A DNA stretch of 64,000 bases, taken from Pseudomonadota bacterium (lineage in GTDB: Bacteria > Pseudomonadota > Gammaproteobacteria > Burkholderiales > JABEVD01). Each line of letters begins with the position of its first letter. Position 1 is the first letter of the stretch. The stretch lies in NCBI GenBank assembly GCA_021835845.1, contig JAKBJU010000002.1, forward strand, positions 118,130 to 182,129. The letters run 5' to 3'. Below are positions 43,439 to 58,959 of this stretch, one piece after another. The position numbers were made by a program, and so were the translations under genes. Under the pieces are notes generated by a model that searched no databases, was not told where the DNA came from, and was given only the letters and a program-made list of their open reading frames with translations.

Positions 43439-45328
43439 ATGCATTCAGCAAAGTTCGATGTCATTGTTGTGGGCGGCGGCCATGCGGGTACCGAGGCTGC
43501 CCTCGCCTCGGCGCGCATGGGCAGAAAAACCCTGCTGCTCACGCACAACATCGAAACGTTGGGGCAGATGTCTTGCAACCCTGCCATAGGGGGCATCGGG
43601 AAGGGGCATCTGGTGAAGGAGGTCGACGCGCTGGACGGGGCGATGGCGCTCGCGGCCGACGAATCCGGGATCCAGTTCCGCATACTCAATGCCAGCAAAG
43701 GCTACGCCGTTCGCGCAACGCGCGCGCAGGCGGACAGGATGCTTTACCGCCAGGCCATCCGCAGCAGGCTGGAGTCCCAGCCCAATCTGAGCCTGTTCCA
43801 GCAGGCTGTCGATGACTTGATTCTCGAAGGCGACAGCGTGATCGGCGTCGTGACCCAGCTGGGCATCCGGTTCACGGGGGATGCCGTGGTGCTCACCGCC
43901 GGCACATTTCTTTCCGGACTGGTTCACGTCGGTCTGAAAAATTACCAGGCAGGAAGGGCGGGAGACCCTCCCTCGATCAGCCTTGCTGCCCGGTTGCGCG
44001 AATTGGCCCTCCCCGTTGGCAGGCTGAAAACCGGGACGCCTCCCAGGATCCACGGTGCCAGCATCGACTACTCGGCGCTGACCGAGCAGCCGGGCGACGA
44101 GCCTGTTCCCGTGTTTTCCTTTCTCGGCAGCGCAGAAGCGCATCCGCGCCAGGTGTCCTGCTGGATCACCCACACCAACGAAAGAACGCACGAAATCATC
44201 CGGGGCGGACTGGACCGCTCTCCCATGTTCACCGGGGTGATAGAGGGGGTGGGGCCGCGCTATTGTCCCTCCATCGAGGACAAGGTCACCCGTTTCGCCG
44301 AGAAATCCAGTCACCAGATATTCCTCGAGCCGGAAGGGCTGAATACGCAGGAAGTTTACCCGAACGGGATTTCCACGAGCCTGCCCTTCGACATCCAGCT
44401 GGAGCTGATCCATTCCATGAAGGGGCTGGAAAATGCGCATGTCACGCGCCCGGGCTATGCCATCGAATACGACTATTTCGACCCACAAGGACTGAAAATC
44501 TCCCTTGAAACCAAGGCGTTATCCAATCTGTATTTTGCCGGGCAAATCAACGGGACGACAGGATATGAGGAGGCTGCGGCTCAGGGGCTTCTGGCGGGAA
44601 TCAATGCCGCGCTACGCTCGCAGGGAAAGGAGTCTTGGAGTCCGGGGCGCGGCCAGGCCTACCTGGGGGTGATGGTGGACGATCTCGTTACCAGAGGTGT
44701 TACCGAGCCGTATCGCATGTTCACCAGCCGCGCGGAATACCGCCTGATGCTGAGGGAGGACAATGCCGACCTGCGGCTGACGGAGCAGGGTCGCGAACTC
44801 GGGGTGGTGGGCGAGGCGCGGTGGCGCGCATTTTGCGAAAAGAAGGAGGCGATCGAGAAGGAGAGCGAGCGCCTCAAATCGACCTGGGTGAATCCCAGAA
44901 TGCTGTCCGCTGCGGACGCGGAGGCCGTGCTTGGCCAGCAGATCGAGAGGGAATACAGCCTTTACGAGCTGCTGCGTCGCCCCGGGGTGGATTACGAGGC
45001 GCTGATGAAGCTGGACAATGCGAGGCCGGCCGATGTCGAGGTGGCGAGGCAGGTGGAAATCCAGGCCAAATATCACGGCTACATCGAGCGCCAGGAGGCT
45101 GAAATCGCCCGCCAGAAGCAGTACGAGGCGCTTTGCCTGCCGCGCGACCTGGATTACAGGGCGGTGAAGGGACTTTCCGCCGAAGTCCAGCAGATACTCA
45201 ACCGCCACAAGCCGGAAACCGTCGGCCAGGCGGCCAGGCTTTCCGGGGTCACGCCAGCCGCCGTATCCCTGCTGCTGGTGCATCAGAAACGCGGATTGCC
45301 CGGCGAGACAGAGAAAATATCGGCATGA
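43439..45328 (+). CDS. mnmG: tRNA uridine 5-carboxymethylaminomethyl modification enzyme MnmG (GidA)
   Basis: I chose the ATG at 43439 ([21 protein letters not shown]), which gives the canonical FAD-binding N-terminus. The track start at 43400 adds 13 non-conserved residues. Confidence 0.95.
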   Translation: MHSAKFDVIVVGGGHAGTEAALASARMGRKTLLLTHNIETLGQMSCNPAIGGIGKGHLVKEVDALDGAMALAADESGIQFRILNASKGYAVRATRAQADRMLYRQAIRSRLESQPNLSLFQQAVDDLILEGDSVIGVVTQLGIRFTGDAVVLTAGTFLSGLVHVGLKNYQAGRAGDPPSISLAARLRELALPVGRLKTGTPPRIHGASIDYSALTEQPGDEPVPVFSFLGSAEAHPRQVSCWITHTNERTHEIIRGGLDRSPMFTGVIEGVGPRYCPSIEDKVTRFAEKSSHQIFLEPEGLNTQEVYPNGISTSLPFDIQLELIHSMKGLENAHVTRPGYAIEYDYFDPQGLKISLETKALSNLYFAGQINGTTGYEEAAAQGLLAGINAALRSQGKESWSPGRGQAYLGVMVDDLVTRGVTEPYRMFTSRAEYRLMLREDNADLRLTEQGRELGVVGEARWRAFCEKKEAIEKESERLKSTWVNPRMLSAADAEAVLGQQIEREYSLYELLRRPGVDYEALMKLDNARPADVEVARQVEIQAKYHGYIERQEAEIARQKQYEALCLPRDLDYRAVKGLSAEVQQILNRHKPETVGQAARLSGVTPAAVSLLLVHQKRGLPGETEKISA

Positions 45329-45936
45329 AGCTGGAGGAGGGGCTGGCAATCCTTGGGCTGGACATTGCCGGGCCGGTCGTCGGCAAGCTCCTTGCCCATG
45401 CTGCCCTGATCGAGAAATGGAACAGGGTTTACAATCTGACAGCGATACGCGACAGGGACAGAATCGTCAGCCATCATCTTTTGGACAGCCTTGCGGTTTT
45501 GCCGCACATCGAGGCTTCCCGCTGCGCGGATGTGGGCAGCGGAGCGGGGTTTCCGGGCATCCCGCTCGCCATAGCGAAGCCGGATTGGGAGATGGTGCTG
45601 GTCGAGAGCAACCAGAAAAAGGCGGCATTTCTCAGGCAGGCCGCCATTGAGCTCGACTTGCCGAATGTCAGCGTATTTGCAGACCGGGTTGAGTCTCTCG
45701 AAGGGGCGTTCGATCTCGTCATATCCCGCGCCTTTTCGGAAATGGCAGAGTTCGTCAGGCTTTCAAGGCACCTAGTCGGACGAGGCGGGCATTTTGCCGC
45801 CATGAAAGGACAGTATCCCGAGCAGGAACTGTCCCACTTGCCCTTCGGGGTCGAAGTGGAAAAAGTGATTTCCCTGAATGTCCCAGGACTGGAGGGGGCG
45901 CGGCACCTGGTCATCATGAGCACGGAGACGGATTAG
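45325..45936 (+). CDS. rsmG: 16S rRNA (guanine527-N7)-methyltransferase RsmG (GidB)
   Basis: The start is the ATG at 45325, which forms an ATGA overlap with the mnmG stop. The SAM motif is [15 protein letters not shown]. The upstream part of the track ORF is an out-of-frame overlap of mnmG. Confidence 0.9.
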   Translation: MKLEEGLAILGLDIAGPVVGKLLAHAALIEKWNRVYNLTAIRDRDRIVSHHLLDSLAVLPHIEASRCADVGSGAGFPGIPLAIAKPDWEMVLVESNQKKAAFLRQAAIELDLPNVSVFADRVESLEGAFDLVISRAFSEMAEFVRLSRHLVGRGGHFAAMKGQYPEQELSHLPFGVEVEKVISLNVPGLEGARHLVIMSTETD

Positions 45937-45937
45937 C

Positions 45938-46729
45938 ATGGCGAGAATACTGGCAGTAACCAACCAGAAGGGCGGGGTCGGAAAAACGACCACGACCGTC
46001 AACCTCGGCGCGAGCCTTGCCGCAGCCAAGCAGAAAGTGCTGCTGGTCGACCTCGATCCGCAGGGAAATGCCACGATGGGCAGCGGCATCGACAAGAGCG
46101 GGCTCTCCCGGACCATCTACCATCTGCTGCTTCAAAATCAATCGCTTGACGAGGTCAGGGTCGCGTCCCCCGCTGGAAAGTACGACCTGATTCCGGCCAA
46201 CCGGGATCTGGCCGGGGCCGAAGTCGAGCTCGTCGACCAGCCGAACCGGGAAACCCGGCTGAAGGATGCGCTGGATGCCGTGTCCGGCCATTACGACTAC
46301 ATCCTGATCGACTGTCCGCCGGCCCTCAATCTGCTCACGGTCAATGGCTTGTGCGCCGCCCATGCGGTGATGATCCCGATGCAATGCGAATACTACGCGC
46401 TGGAAGGCCTCTCCGATCTTATCAAAACGATCAAGCGGGTGCGCGCAAACCTGAACCCCGAGTTGCAAATCGAGGGGCTTTTGCGAACCATGTTCGATCC
46501 GCGCAACATGCTCGCCCAGCAGGTATCCGAACAGCTCCAGCAGCATTTCGGCGACAAGGTTTACCGCACGGTGATCCCGCGCAATGTCCGCCTCGCCGAG
46601 GCGCCGAGCTTCGGTTTGCCGGCGATGGTGCACGACAGGAATTCGAAGGGGGCTTCGGCCTATCTGACGTTGGCCGGAGAGATTCTCAACAGGCATCATT
46701 CTAAAGCGATGGAATTCAAGGCAGGGTAA
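45938..46729 (+). CDS. parA: Chromosome partitioning ATPase ParA (Soj)
   Basis: The 263-aa ORF has the deviant Walker A motif NQKGGVGKTTT. It is followed by parB. Confidence 0.93.
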   Translation: MARILAVTNQKGGVGKTTTTVNLGASLAAAKQKVLLVDLDPQGNATMGSGIDKSGLSRTIYHLLLQNQSLDEVRVASPAGKYDLIPANRDLAGAEVELVDQPNRETRLKDALDAVSGHYDYILIDCPPALNLLTVNGLCAAHAVMIPMQCEYYALEGLSDLIKTIKRVRANLNPELQIEGLLRTMFDPRNMLAQQVSEQLQQHFGDKVYRTVIPRNVRLAEAPSFGLPAMVHDRNSKGASAYLTLAGEILNRHHSKAMEFKAG

Positions 46730-46732
46730 AAA

Positions 46733-47563
46733 ATGACAAGACTGAAGGGATTGGGTAGGGGGCTTGAAGCGCTGCTCGGCGCAGAGGAATCGTCTTCCGG
46801 GGAAATGAGAAAACTCAAGGTGGGCGAGCTTCAGCCCGGGAAATACCAGCCGAGAAGCCGGATGGACCAGGACTCCCTTGCGCACCTTGCCGAATCGATC
46901 AGATCCCAGGGCGTCATGCAGCCGATACTGGTTCGTCCGGTCGAGACGGGAAAATACGAAATCATCGCAGGGGAGAGGCGCTGGCGCGCGTCTCAGCTCG
47001 CCGGGCTGAAGGAAGTTCCGGTCCTGGTCAGGGAGGTTCCGGACGAAGCGGCGCTTTCCATGGCGCTCATCGAAAACATCCAGCGCGAGGAGCTCAATCC
47101 GCTCGAACAGGCGGTGGGGATACAGCGTCTGGTGGACGAATTCGGCATGACGCACCAGGGGGCGGCCGATGCGGTGGGCTACTCGCGCAGCGCAATCAGC
47201 AACCTGCTTCGCCTGCTCAATCTGGCGGAGCCCGTCCAGGAACTCCTGATGCAGGGAAAAATCGACATGGGCCATGCCCGCTCCCTCTTGAGCCTCGGGC
47301 CGGCGGAGCAGATCGAAATCGCCAATCTGATCGCGAAGAAGCAGCTTTCCGTGCGCGAAGCGGAAAGGCTGGTGCAGGCGCTGCAGCAGGGCGGGGCCCG
47401 CGAGAAGAAAGCGGACCGAGACGTGCTGAGGCTTCAGGAGGAAATCTCGGCCCGTCTCGGCACGGGGGTGACGATCAGCCATGGCAAGAAAGGGAACGGC
47501 AGACTCACGATCGAGTATTCGAGCCTGGAACATCTCGATACGATCCTGGGCAGGCTCAAGTAG
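46733..47563 (+). CDS. parB: Chromosome partitioning protein ParB (Spo0J)
   Basis: The 276-aa ORF has the ParB box IIAGERRWRA and an HTH region. Confidence 0.93.
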   Translation: MTRLKGLGRGLEALLGAEESSSGEMRKLKVGELQPGKYQPRSRMDQDSLAHLAESIRSQGVMQPILVRPVETGKYEIIAGERRWRASQLAGLKEVPVLVREVPDEAALSMALIENIQREELNPLEQAVGIQRLVDEFGMTHQGAADAVGYSRSAISNLLRLLNLAEPVQELLMQGKIDMGHARSLLSLGPAEQIEIANLIAKKQLSVREAERLVQALQQGGAREKKADRDVLRLQEEISARLGTGVTISHGKKGNGRLTIEYSSLEHLDTILGRLK

Positions 47564-47627
47564 GGCTGCTGCCGTTTGACAGGGATAAAAAACGTTGCTA
47601 ACATCCCAACGGTTGTGTGATGGCGCG

Positions 47628-47999
47628 ATGAAGAACAATGCACTCCATGTAGTGGGGATACAAGCAATCGTCGCGATAACAAGCGCCACGGCAGCCTACT
47701 TCCTAGATGATCCACTTGCGGCCAAATCGGTATTGTTTGGTTCCTCGGCTTCGCTGTCTAACGGGCTGATGCTGGCCTGGCATATCCGGGAAAGGCAGCA
47801 TGCTGGGCATCGCGAGCCCGCCGGGCATTTGAGAGCGATGTACCGCGCCAGCCTGGAGCGTTATGTGGTGGTGACGCTGTTGCTTGTCGCGGGGCTGCGC
47901 TTCCTCGGGTTTAAGCCGCTTTATGTCCTGGCGGGGTTTGTTGCAGGGCAGGTGGGATTGGTCGCGGCCAGAATGCTGCGGAACGGATTTGAGAGCTAA
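47628..47999 (+). CDS. atpI: ATP synthase protein I
   Basis: This small hydrophobic ORF lies directly upstream of atpB. The track start is a TTG at 47595, and I prefer the in-frame ATG at 47628. The call rests on position and hydrophobicity. Confidence 0.65.
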   Translation: MKNNALHVVGIQAIVAITSATAAYFLDDPLAAKSVLFGSSASLSNGLMLAWHIRERQHAGHREPAGHLRAMYRASLERYVVVTLLLVAGLRFLGFKPLYVLAGFVAGQVGLVAARMLRNGFES

Positions 48000-48830
<831 letters not shown>

Positions 48831-48879
48831 TTCTTTTACCAACCTTCACTCAACTTTTTAAATACAGGAGAAAAACTAA

Positions 48880-49122
<243 letters not shown>

Positions 49123-49154
49123 GCAAGCGGGAATTAACCGAAGAAAGAATTTGC

Positions 49155-49625
49155 ATGAACATTAATGCAACCCTTCTCGGCCAAACGATCATGTTCGTCA
49201 TGTTCGTCTGGTTCTGCATGAAATTCGTCTGGCCCCCCATCACCAATGCCATGGGAGAGCGTGCGAAGCGGATTGCCGACGGTCTTGCCGCAGGTGAGCG
49301 CGGAAAAACCGAGCTCGATCTTGCGACAAAGCGCTCTCTCGAGATCCTGCATGAGGCGAAGCAGAAGGCGGCGGAGGTGATCGCCCAGGCCGAAAGCCGC
49401 GCGGCGCAAATCGTCGACGAGGCCAAAGCCAGCGCCAGGGAAGAAGGCGAGCGTCTGCTGAACGGTGCGAAGGCCGAAATTGAGCAGGAAGTTTTCCGTG
49501 CCCGCGAAGCTCTGCGTGATCAGGTGGCTGCGCTTGCAGTGGCCGGCGCCGAAAAAATTCTGCGCCACGAGGTCGATGCCGCCAAGCATGCCGAGCTTCT
49601 CAAATCCATCCAGTCTGAACTGTAA
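49155..49625 (+). CDS. atpF: F0F1 ATP synthase subunit b
   Basis: The 156-aa ORF has an N-terminal TM segment and a long charged helix. Confidence 0.93.
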   Translation: MNINATLLGQTIMFVMFVWFCMKFVWPPITNAMGERAKRIADGLAAGERGKTELDLATKRSLEILHEAKQKAAEVIAQAESRAAQIVDEAKASAREEGERLLNGAKAEIEQEVFRAREALRDQVAALAVAGAEKILRHEVDAAKHAELLKSIQSEL

Positions 49626-49634
49626 AGGACCGTC

Positions 49635-50171
49635 ATGGCGGAGATCGTTACAATAGCGAGACCCTATGCCGAGGCGGTTTTTCGCTTGGCCAAGGAAAAG
49701 GGCGCGCTGGACCAGTGGTCCGGGATGCTGGAGTACCTGGCGGCCGTGGCGCAGGATTCGCAGATGCAGGACTGCATCAACGACCCCAACGTCACGCCGG
49801 CAAAGCTGGAAGCGCTTTTCCTTTCCATCGCAAGCGGCAAGCTCGACGACATGGGATCCAATCTCGTCAGGGAGCTCGTGCACAACGGGCGGCTTTCCGT
49901 CCTGCCGGAGATATCCGTCCTCTACGAGTCGTTGAAGGCCGAAGAGGGCGGCATGCTGGAGGCCAGGGTGACTTCGGCCTATCCCATGACCAAAGCTCAG
50001 ATCGGCGATCTGGTGAAGAAGCTCGAGGCGAAGTTCAAGAAGAAAGTCGAGGCCAGTGCGGATGTGGACCCTGAGCTGATCGGCGGAGTCAGGATCGTGA
50101 TCGGTGACGATGTGATCGATGCATCGGTGCGCGGCAAGTTACAGGCGATGGCATTCGCCCTTACAAGATAG
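49635..50171 (+). CDS. atpH: F0F1 ATP synthase subunit delta
   Basis: The 178-aa ORF begins (M)[15 protein letters not shown], a typical OSCP/delta N-terminus. Confidence 0.93.
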   Translation: MAEIVTIARPYAEAVFRLAKEKGALDQWSGMLEYLAAVAQDSQMQDCINDPNVTPAKLEALFLSIASGKLDDMGSNLVRELVHNGRLSVLPEISVLYESLKAEEGGMLEARVTSAYPMTKAQIGDLVKKLEAKFKKKVEASADVDPELIGGVRIVIGDDVIDASVRGKLQAMAFALTR

Positions 50172-50179
50172 GAGTTATC

Positions 50180-51721
<1,542 letters not shown>

Positions 51722-51735
51722 CTGACGGAGTCATC

Positions 51736-52602
51736 ATGGCTGGTGGGAAAGAAATACGGACGAAGATCAAGAGCGTCCAGAATACCCAGAAGATCACCCG
51801 GGCTATGGAAATGGTCGCGGCAGCGAAGATGCGCAAGGCGCAGGACAGGATGCGCACTGCACGCCCGTACGGCGAGAAAATCAGGAATGTCGCAGCGCAC
51901 ATGAGCCGGGCGCATCCGGAATACACCCATCCCTTCATGGCAGGGAGGGTGGATTCGAAGCGGGTCGGCATCATCGTGGTCAGCTCCGACAAGGGGCTTT
52001 GCGGCGGCCTGAATACCAACGTGCTGCGCCTCGTTCTGGGAAAGATCAAGGGCTGGGAGCAGGCAGGGGTAAAAACCGATGCGACTGCAATCGGGAACAA
52101 GGGCCTCGGCTTCCTGCAAAGGCTGGGCGCAAATGTCGTGTCCAGCGCAAACGGCTTGGGTGACACGCCTCACCTCGACAAGCTGATCGGCCCGGTGAAA
52201 GTGATGCTGGATGCCTATTCCGAAGGCAAGCTGGACGCGCTCTACGTTTTTTACACCAAGTTCATCAATACGATGAAGCAGGAGCCGGTGATGGAGCAAT
52301 TGCTCCCGCTTTCCAGCGAACAGCTCGGCGGCGCCACCGGGGTTTGGGACTACATTTACGAACCCGACGCCAAATCGGTGATCGACCAGGTCTTGAGGCG
52401 CTATATCGAAGCGCTGATCTATCAGGCCGTTGCAGAGAACATGGCTTCCGAGCAGAGTGCGAGGATGGTGGCCATGAAAGCCGCGTCGGACAATGCCGGG
52501 AATGTGATCGGCGAGCTCAAGCTGGTGTACAACAAGACTCGCCAGGCGGCGATTACCAAGGAACTTGCCGAAATCTGCGCGGGCGCCGCTGCAGTCGGAT
52601 AA
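51736..52602 (+). CDS. atpG: F0F1 ATP synthase subunit gamma
   Basis: The 288-aa ORF contains [26 protein letters not shown]. Confidence 0.95.
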   Translation: MAGGKEIRTKIKSVQNTQKITRAMEMVAAAKMRKAQDRMRTARPYGEKIRNVAAHMSRAHPEYTHPFMAGRVDSKRVGIIVVSSDKGLCGGLNTNVLRLVLGKIKGWEQAGVKTDATAIGNKGLGFLQRLGANVVSSANGLGDTPHLDKLIGPVKVMLDAYSEGKLDALYVFYTKFINTMKQEPVMEQLLPLSSEQLGGATGVWDYIYEPDAKSVIDQVLRRYIEALIYQAVAENMASEQSARMVAMKAASDNAGNVIGELKLVYNKTRQAAITKELAEICAGAAAVG

Positions 52603-52620
52603 ACGTTTTTATTAGATTAG

Positions 52621-54009
<1,389 letters not shown>

Positions 54010-54017
54010 GGAACGCC

Positions 54018-54440
54018 ATGGCAATGACCATGCATGTCGATATCGTGAGCGCGGAAGAGACCTTTTATTCTGGGCCTGCCGAGTTTGTCGCAGCACCCTC
54101 GATACTGGGCGAGGTTGGCATTTATCCGCGTCACGCGCCCATGCTGACCAGAATCAAGCCGGGGTCGGTCAGGGTAAAGCGCGCGATGAGCGATGAAGAA
54201 GACCTTATCTATGTCTCCGGCGGGATTCTTGAGGTTCAGCCCGACGTCGTGACGGTGCTGGCCGATTCGGCGATCCGCGGCGAAGACCTGGACGAGGCCA
54301 AGGCTACCGAGGCCAAGAAACGGGCTGAAGAAGCGATGAAGAATCGCGAGGCCGTGCTCGAATTTGCCAGAGCGGAAGCCGAGCTTGCCGAGGCGATCGC
54401 GCAGCTTTCCGCGATCGAAAAGCTGAGAAAAAAACGCTGA
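54018..54440 (+). CDS. atpC: F0F1 ATP synthase subunit epsilon
   Basis: I prefer the ATG at 54018, which has a GAGGA RBS, over the track's GTG at 54006. It is the last gene of the operon. Confidence 0.9.
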   Translation: MAMTMHVDIVSAEETFYSGPAEFVAAPSILGEVGIYPRHAPMLTRIKPGSVRVKRAMSDEEDLIYVSGGILEVQPDVVTVLADSAIRGEDLDEAKATEAKKRAEEAMKNREAVLEFARAEAELAEAIAQLSAIEKLRKKR

Positions 54441-54456
54441 TTCCGTCAGCCCAAGC

Positions 54457-54486
54457 AAAAAGGCAGCCGAGGCTGCCTTTTTGTTT
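54457..54486 (+). terminator. Rho-independent terminator of the atp operon
   Basis: AAAAAGGCAGC-CGAG-GCTGCCTTTTTGTTT has a GC stem followed by a T-tract. It lies 17 nt after the atpC stop. Confidence 0.7.
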
Positions 54487-54519
54487 GCAGCATCGGAACC
54501 TGTGTCATAATATCCGGTC

Positions 54520-55887
54520 ATGTCAAACAGCGAAAAACTGAACGTCGTCATCCTGGCAGCAGGCAAGGGGACGCGCATGTATTCCAGCGTTCCCAAGGTG
54601 CTGCACAGGCTTGCGGGAATTCCTCTGCTCGGCCATGTCATCAATACCGTGAGGCTTCTCAAGCCGGCAAGCATCTGCGTGGTTTACGGACACGGCGGAG
54701 AGGCAGTTCCGGCAGCTTTTTCGGGCGGGGACTTGCGCTTCGCTCTCCAGGAACCCCAGAACGGGACGGGTCATGCAGTGCAAATGGCGCTTCCCCACCT
54801 CGGGGATGATGGCAATACGATGATACTGTATGGCGATGTGCCGCTTACCGGGGTTGCGACCTTGCAAAAGCTGGCAAGAGCCGATGGGATGACGCTTCTG
54901 ACGGCGCAGATGGACAACCCGCACGGCTACGGCCGGATCGTCAGGGATGCGGGCGGCGCCATAACACGAATCGTCGAAGAGAAGGATGCCACAAAGGAAG
55001 AGCGAGAAATCACGGAAGTGAATACTGGCATACTTGTCGCGCCAACAAACAAGCTGAGGTCATGGCTGTCTGAATTGAAAAACGACAACGCCCAGAAGGA
55101 ATATTATCTGACCGATGTGGTCGAAATGGCGGCAAGAGAAGGAACCCGGATAGCTTCGGTTCACCCGCAGCGGATATGGGAGGTGATGGGAGTCAACAAC
55201 CGGGCCCAGCTCGCCGAGCTCGAACGCATCTTTCAACTCGAGCTTGCACGCGAATTGATGATGCAGGGCGTGGGCCTCGCGGACCCCGCAAGGCTGGATG
55301 TCAGGGGAAGGCTCAGTTGCGGCAGGGATGTCTTCATCGATGTCAACTGCGTGTTCGAAGGGGAAGTCAATCTGGGCGACAATGTCCGAATCGGTTCCAA
55401 TTCGGTTTTGAAGAACGTCGAAATCCGGGAGGGCTCGGAAGTCGCGCCGTTTACCCACATCGAAGGCGCAGAAGTGGGTGCGAATTGCAAAATTGGTCCC
55501 TATGCCAGAATTCGCCCGGGAACGACGCTCGCGGCAAATGCGCATGTCGGGAACTTCGTGGAAATCAAGAACAGCCAGATCGGGACCGGGAGCAAGGCCA
55601 ATCATCTCAGCTACGTCGGGGATGCAAGCGTTGGCAGCAACGTGAACATCGGCGCGGGGACGATCACCTGCAATTACGATGGCGCAAACAAGCACAGGAC
55701 CGTGATCGAAGACGATGCGTTCATCGGCTCGGATACTCAGCTGATCGCTCCCGTGACGGTGGGGAGAGGCGCGACCATAGGCGCAGGGTCGACGATAGCC
55801 AGAAATGCACCTGAAGGCGGTTTGACTCTGTCCAGAAGCAAGCAGATTCACATCGAAAGCTGGAAAAGACCGAAGAAGAAGGAATAA
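54520..55887 (+). CDS. glmU: Bifunctional UDP-N-acetylglucosamine pyrophosphorylase / GlcN-1-P acetyltransferase
   Basis: The 455-aa ORF has the N-terminal motif [10 protein letters not shown] and C-terminal left-handed beta-helix hexapeptide repeats. Confidence 0.95.
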   Translation: MSNSEKLNVVILAAGKGTRMYSSVPKVLHRLAGIPLLGHVINTVRLLKPASICVVYGHGGEAVPAAFSGGDLRFALQEPQNGTGHAVQMALPHLGDDGNTMILYGDVPLTGVATLQKLARADGMTLLTAQMDNPHGYGRIVRDAGGAITRIVEEKDATKEEREITEVNTGILVAPTNKLRSWLSELKNDNAQKEYYLTDVVEMAAREGTRIASVHPQRIWEVMGVNNRAQLAELERIFQLELARELMMQGVGLADPARLDVRGRLSCGRDVFIDVNCVFEGEVNLGDNVRIGSNSVLKNVEIREGSEVAPFTHIEGAEVGANCKIGPYARIRPGTTLAANAHVGNFVEIKNSQIGTGSKANHLSYVGDASVGSNVNIGAGTITCNYDGANKHRTVIEDDAFIGSDTQLIAPVTVGRGATIGAGSTIARNAPEGGLTLSRSKQIHIESWKRPKKKE

Positions 55888-55889
55888 GC

Positions 55890-57713
55890 ATGTGCGGGAT
55901 CATTGGCGCGGTGGCGCAGAGAAATGTGGTGCCGATCCTTCTGGAAGGATTGAGGCGGCTCGAATATCGGGGGTACGATTCGGCAGGGATTGCCGTCGTC
56001 AACGATGGGCTTTCCAGGATCAGAAGCACAGGGCGGGTGGCCGAACTTGCCGCTCTCTCGAAGGGCCTCAAGGGCAATCTGGGTATCGCTCACACAAGGT
56101 GGGCGACCCACGGCGCACCCACCGAAAGGAACGCCCATCCGCATGCCAGCCGGGATGAAATCGCGGTAGTGCACAACGGGATCATAGAAAACCATGTCGA
56201 ATTGCGCAGGAAGCTCGAAGGGCTCGGATACAGATTCGAATCGGACACCGACACCGAAGTCATCGTGCATCTCATCCATCATCATTATCAGGAGAGCGGA
56301 GATCTGCTCGATGCGACCCGCTCATCGGCGAAAGAGCTAGATGGTGCATATGCTATAGCGATAGTGAGTAGAAACTTGCGTGACAGATTGATTTGCGCAA
56401 GAAAAGGCAGCCCGCTGCTCATCGGGCTGGGGATAGAAGAAAATTTCATCGCATCGGACGCTTCCGCGCTGCTGCCTGTTACGCGGAAGATGATTTATCT
56501 GGAAGACGGCGATGTCGCCGACATCGGGCTGTTCGAATACAAGATATATGATGGCAAGGGGATTCCCGTCGAGCGGTCGGTTCACATCAGCGAACTCAGC
56601 GCCGAAACCACCGAGCTCGGAAAATATCGCCATTTCATGCAGAAGGAAATCTTTGAGCAGCCCAAAGCCGTTGCAGACACCATCGACATCGCGATCAATG
56701 AAACCGGGATTTCCCCTGAACTGTTTGGCTCCGACGGGAAACTTGTGCTGGAAGATGTCGAGGCCGTCACGATCATCGCTTGCGGCACGAGCTACCATGC
56801 CGGCCTGGTGGCCAGATACTGGATGGAAAGCCTGGCGGGCATTCCCTGCAGCGCGGAAGTGGCGAGCGAATACCGCTACAGGGATATCGTTCCCAATCCA
56901 AAAGCGTTGATTGTCACCATTTCCCAGTCGGGCGAAACGGCCGACACTCTGGCCGCGCTCAACTATGCCGTGCAGCTGGGCCAAACGAAAACCCTGAGCA
57001 TCTGCAATGTGGACGAAAGCGCGCTGGTCAGGCAATCGAAGCTGCGCTTTCTGACGAGAGCGGGCCCGGAAATAGGCGTGGCGTCGACCAAGGCATTCAC
57101 GACGCAACTGGTCGCACTGTTCCTGTTGACCCTCACACTTGCAAAGCTCAAGGGTAGGCTTGCCGCGGAGCAGGAAGCGGGGCATATCGAGTCCCTGCGC
57201 CGGCTGCCGCATGCCATCAATCATGCGCTCGAAATCGAGCCGAAGATCGAGCAGTGGGCGGAGAAATTTTCCGAAAAGCAGCACGCCCTGTTCCTCGCGC
57301 GCGGGATACATTACCCGATAGCACTGGAAGGTGCGCTCAAACTCAAGGAAATCTCCTATATCCATGCGGAAGCCTATCCTGCGGGAGAATTGAAGCATGG
57401 GCCGCTGGCGCTGGTAGACAGCAATATGCCTGTGGTGGCCGTGGCACCCAATGATGCCCTGCTGGAGAAGCTCAAGTCCAATCTCCAGGAGGTCAGAGCG
57501 AGAGGGGGAGAGCTCTATGTCGTCTCGGACGAGGAATCCCATTTCCAGGACGAGGCCTTGATTCACGTGATTCGCATGGCGGGGCATGCCAGCCACCTGA
57601 GCCCGATCCTGCACGCGATACCCATGCAGCTTCTCGCCTATCACGCGGCTCTGCAAAAGGGAACGGATGTGGACAAACCGAGAAATCTCGCCAAATCGGT
57701 AACGGTGGAGTAG
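55890..57713 (+). CDS. glmS: Glutamine-fructose-6-phosphate aminotransferase
   Basis: The 607-aa ORF begins MCGIIGA, the N-terminal nucleophile. It has SIS domains and the C-terminus KSVTVE. Confidence 0.97.
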   Translation: MCGIIGAVAQRNVVPILLEGLRRLEYRGYDSAGIAVVNDGLSRIRSTGRVAELAALSKGLKGNLGIAHTRWATHGAPTERNAHPHASRDEIAVVHNGIIENHVELRRKLEGLGYRFESDTDTEVIVHLIHHHYQESGDLLDATRSSAKELDGAYAIAIVSRNLRDRLICARKGSPLLIGLGIEENFIASDASALLPVTRKMIYLEDGDVADIGLFEYKIYDGKGIPVERSVHISELSAETTELGKYRHFMQKEIFEQPKAVADTIDIAINETGISPELFGSDGKLVLEDVEAVTIIACGTSYHAGLVARYWMESLAGIPCSAEVASEYRYRDIVPNPKALIVTISQSGETADTLAALNYAVQLGQTKTLSICNVDESALVRQSKLRFLTRAGPEIGVASTKAFTTQLVALFLLTLTLAKLKGRLAAEQEAGHIESLRRLPHAINHALEIEPKIEQWAEKFSEKQHALFLARGIHYPIALEGALKLKEISYIHAEAYPAGELKHGPLALVDSNMPVVAVAPNDALLEKLKSNLQEVRARGGELYVVSDEESHFQDEALIHVIRMAGHASHLSPILHAIPMQLLAYHAALQKGTDVDKPRNLAKSVTVE

Positions 57714-57754
57714 CTGTCACAAAACCGCAATTGATCTGCTGATATAGTCGGGGG

Positions 57755-58933
57755 ATGAATGTCCTGATGATTTCAGACGTGTATTTTCCGCGCGTCAACG
57801 GCGTATCGACTTCCATAGAGACGTTCCGGAACGAGCTCCTGCGAAAGAATGCCGGGGTCACGGTGATCGCGCCCGCCTATGGCGAGGATGCAAGGCAGGA
57901 AGGGGTCATCCGCATTCCGTCCAGAGGCGTGATGTTCGATCCCGAAGACAGGATGATGGCATATGGGGCCATCATGGCGCAGACGGACCTTCTCCGGGAG
58001 CAGGGTTTCGATATCGTCCACATCCAGACGCCGTTCGTCGCGCACTACGCCGGCATCGCACTGGCTAAGGCGTTGAACCTGCCGACGGTCGTGACCTATC
58101 ATACCTTCTTCGAAGAATATCTGTTCCACTATGTTCCTTTTCTTCCCGCCGAATGGCTGCGCGGACTGGCAAGACGATTTTCCAGAAAGCAATGCAACGA
58201 TGTCGATGCCGTTGTGGTGCCGTCCAATGCGATGGCCCGGACATTGGCAGATTATGGCGTTGAAAAGCCGCTGCACATCATTCCTACCGGCATTCCGGGA
58301 GAAATGTTTTCCAAGGGTAGAAGAGGGGCCTTTCGCGAACTGCACGGCATAGCGGAAAGCACGCCCGTGATGCTGTTCGTGGGGCGCGTCGCATTCGAGA
58401 AAAACATCGAATTTCTGCTTCATGCCGCAGATATTGCAAGAAAGACCGTTCCTGAACTCCTGTTGATCATCGCTGGGGAGGGGCCTGCGGCGAGATCCAT
58501 CGAGAAATTGGTGAAAACGCTGCGACTCGAGGATAACGTCAGGCTGATAGGCTACATGGACAGGGAACGACTGTTGAAGGACTGCTACAGCGCGGCGGAT
58601 GTCTTCGTGTTTGCATCCAGAACCGAAACCCAGGGTCTCGTGTTGCTTGAGGCGATGGCGGCAGGACTTCCCGTCATCTCGACTGCGCATATGGGAACCC
58701 GGGACATCCTGAAGCCGAATTCCGGTTCCGTGGTGCCGGATGACGATCCGCAAAGCTTCGCCGGGGAGATGGTCCGGGTGCTTTCGGACCGCGAACTTCG
58801 CAGTGAACTCTCAGTGCAGGCCGAAAACTATGCCGAGCAGTGGAGCGCTGCAGCGATGGCGCAGAAAATGATGGATTTGTACGGGGAAATGACCGCAAAG
58901 AGTTCAACCGGGGCGGCTATTGCGGTAAGATAG
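57755..58933 (+). CDS. Glycosyltransferase, GT4 family (GT-B fold, group 1)
   Basis: The 392-aa ORF has an N-terminal YFPRVNGVS motif. Its C-terminal segment E..GLVLLEAMAAGLPVIST is typical of GT4 enzymes. It lies 41 nt downstream of glmS. Confidence 0.8.
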   Translation: MNVLMISDVYFPRVNGVSTSIETFRNELLRKNAGVTVIAPAYGEDARQEGVIRIPSRGVMFDPEDRMMAYGAIMAQTDLLREQGFDIVHIQTPFVAHYAGIALAKALNLPTVVTYHTFFEEYLFHYVPFLPAEWLRGLARRFSRKQCNDVDAVVVPSNAMARTLADYGVEKPLHIIPTGIPGEMFSKGRRGAFRELHGIAESTPVMLFVGRVAFEKNIEFLLHAADIARKTVPELLLIIAGEGPAARSIEKLVKTLRLEDNVRLIGYMDRERLLKDCYSAADVFVFASRTETQGLVLLEAMAAGLPVISTAHMGTRDILKPNSGSVVPDDDPQSFAGEMVRVLSDRELRSELSVQAENYAEQWSAAAMAQKMMDLYGEMTAKSSTGAAIAVR

Positions 58934-58959
58934 CACGGTCTGGACAAGATCAGTCGAGC

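Noticed and set aside
45914-47689. A 591-aa minus-strand ORF spans parA, parB and their spacer.
   Set aside because: It is striking for its length, but it is antisense to two well-supported genes and has no domain signatures. There is no independent support such as an RBS or conserved motifs.
57560-57573. A parS-like sequence GATTCACGTGATTC lies inside glmS.
   Set aside because: It has three mismatches to the 14-bp palindromic core and is not a proper palindrome. It is coding sequence, so the resemblance is probably chance.
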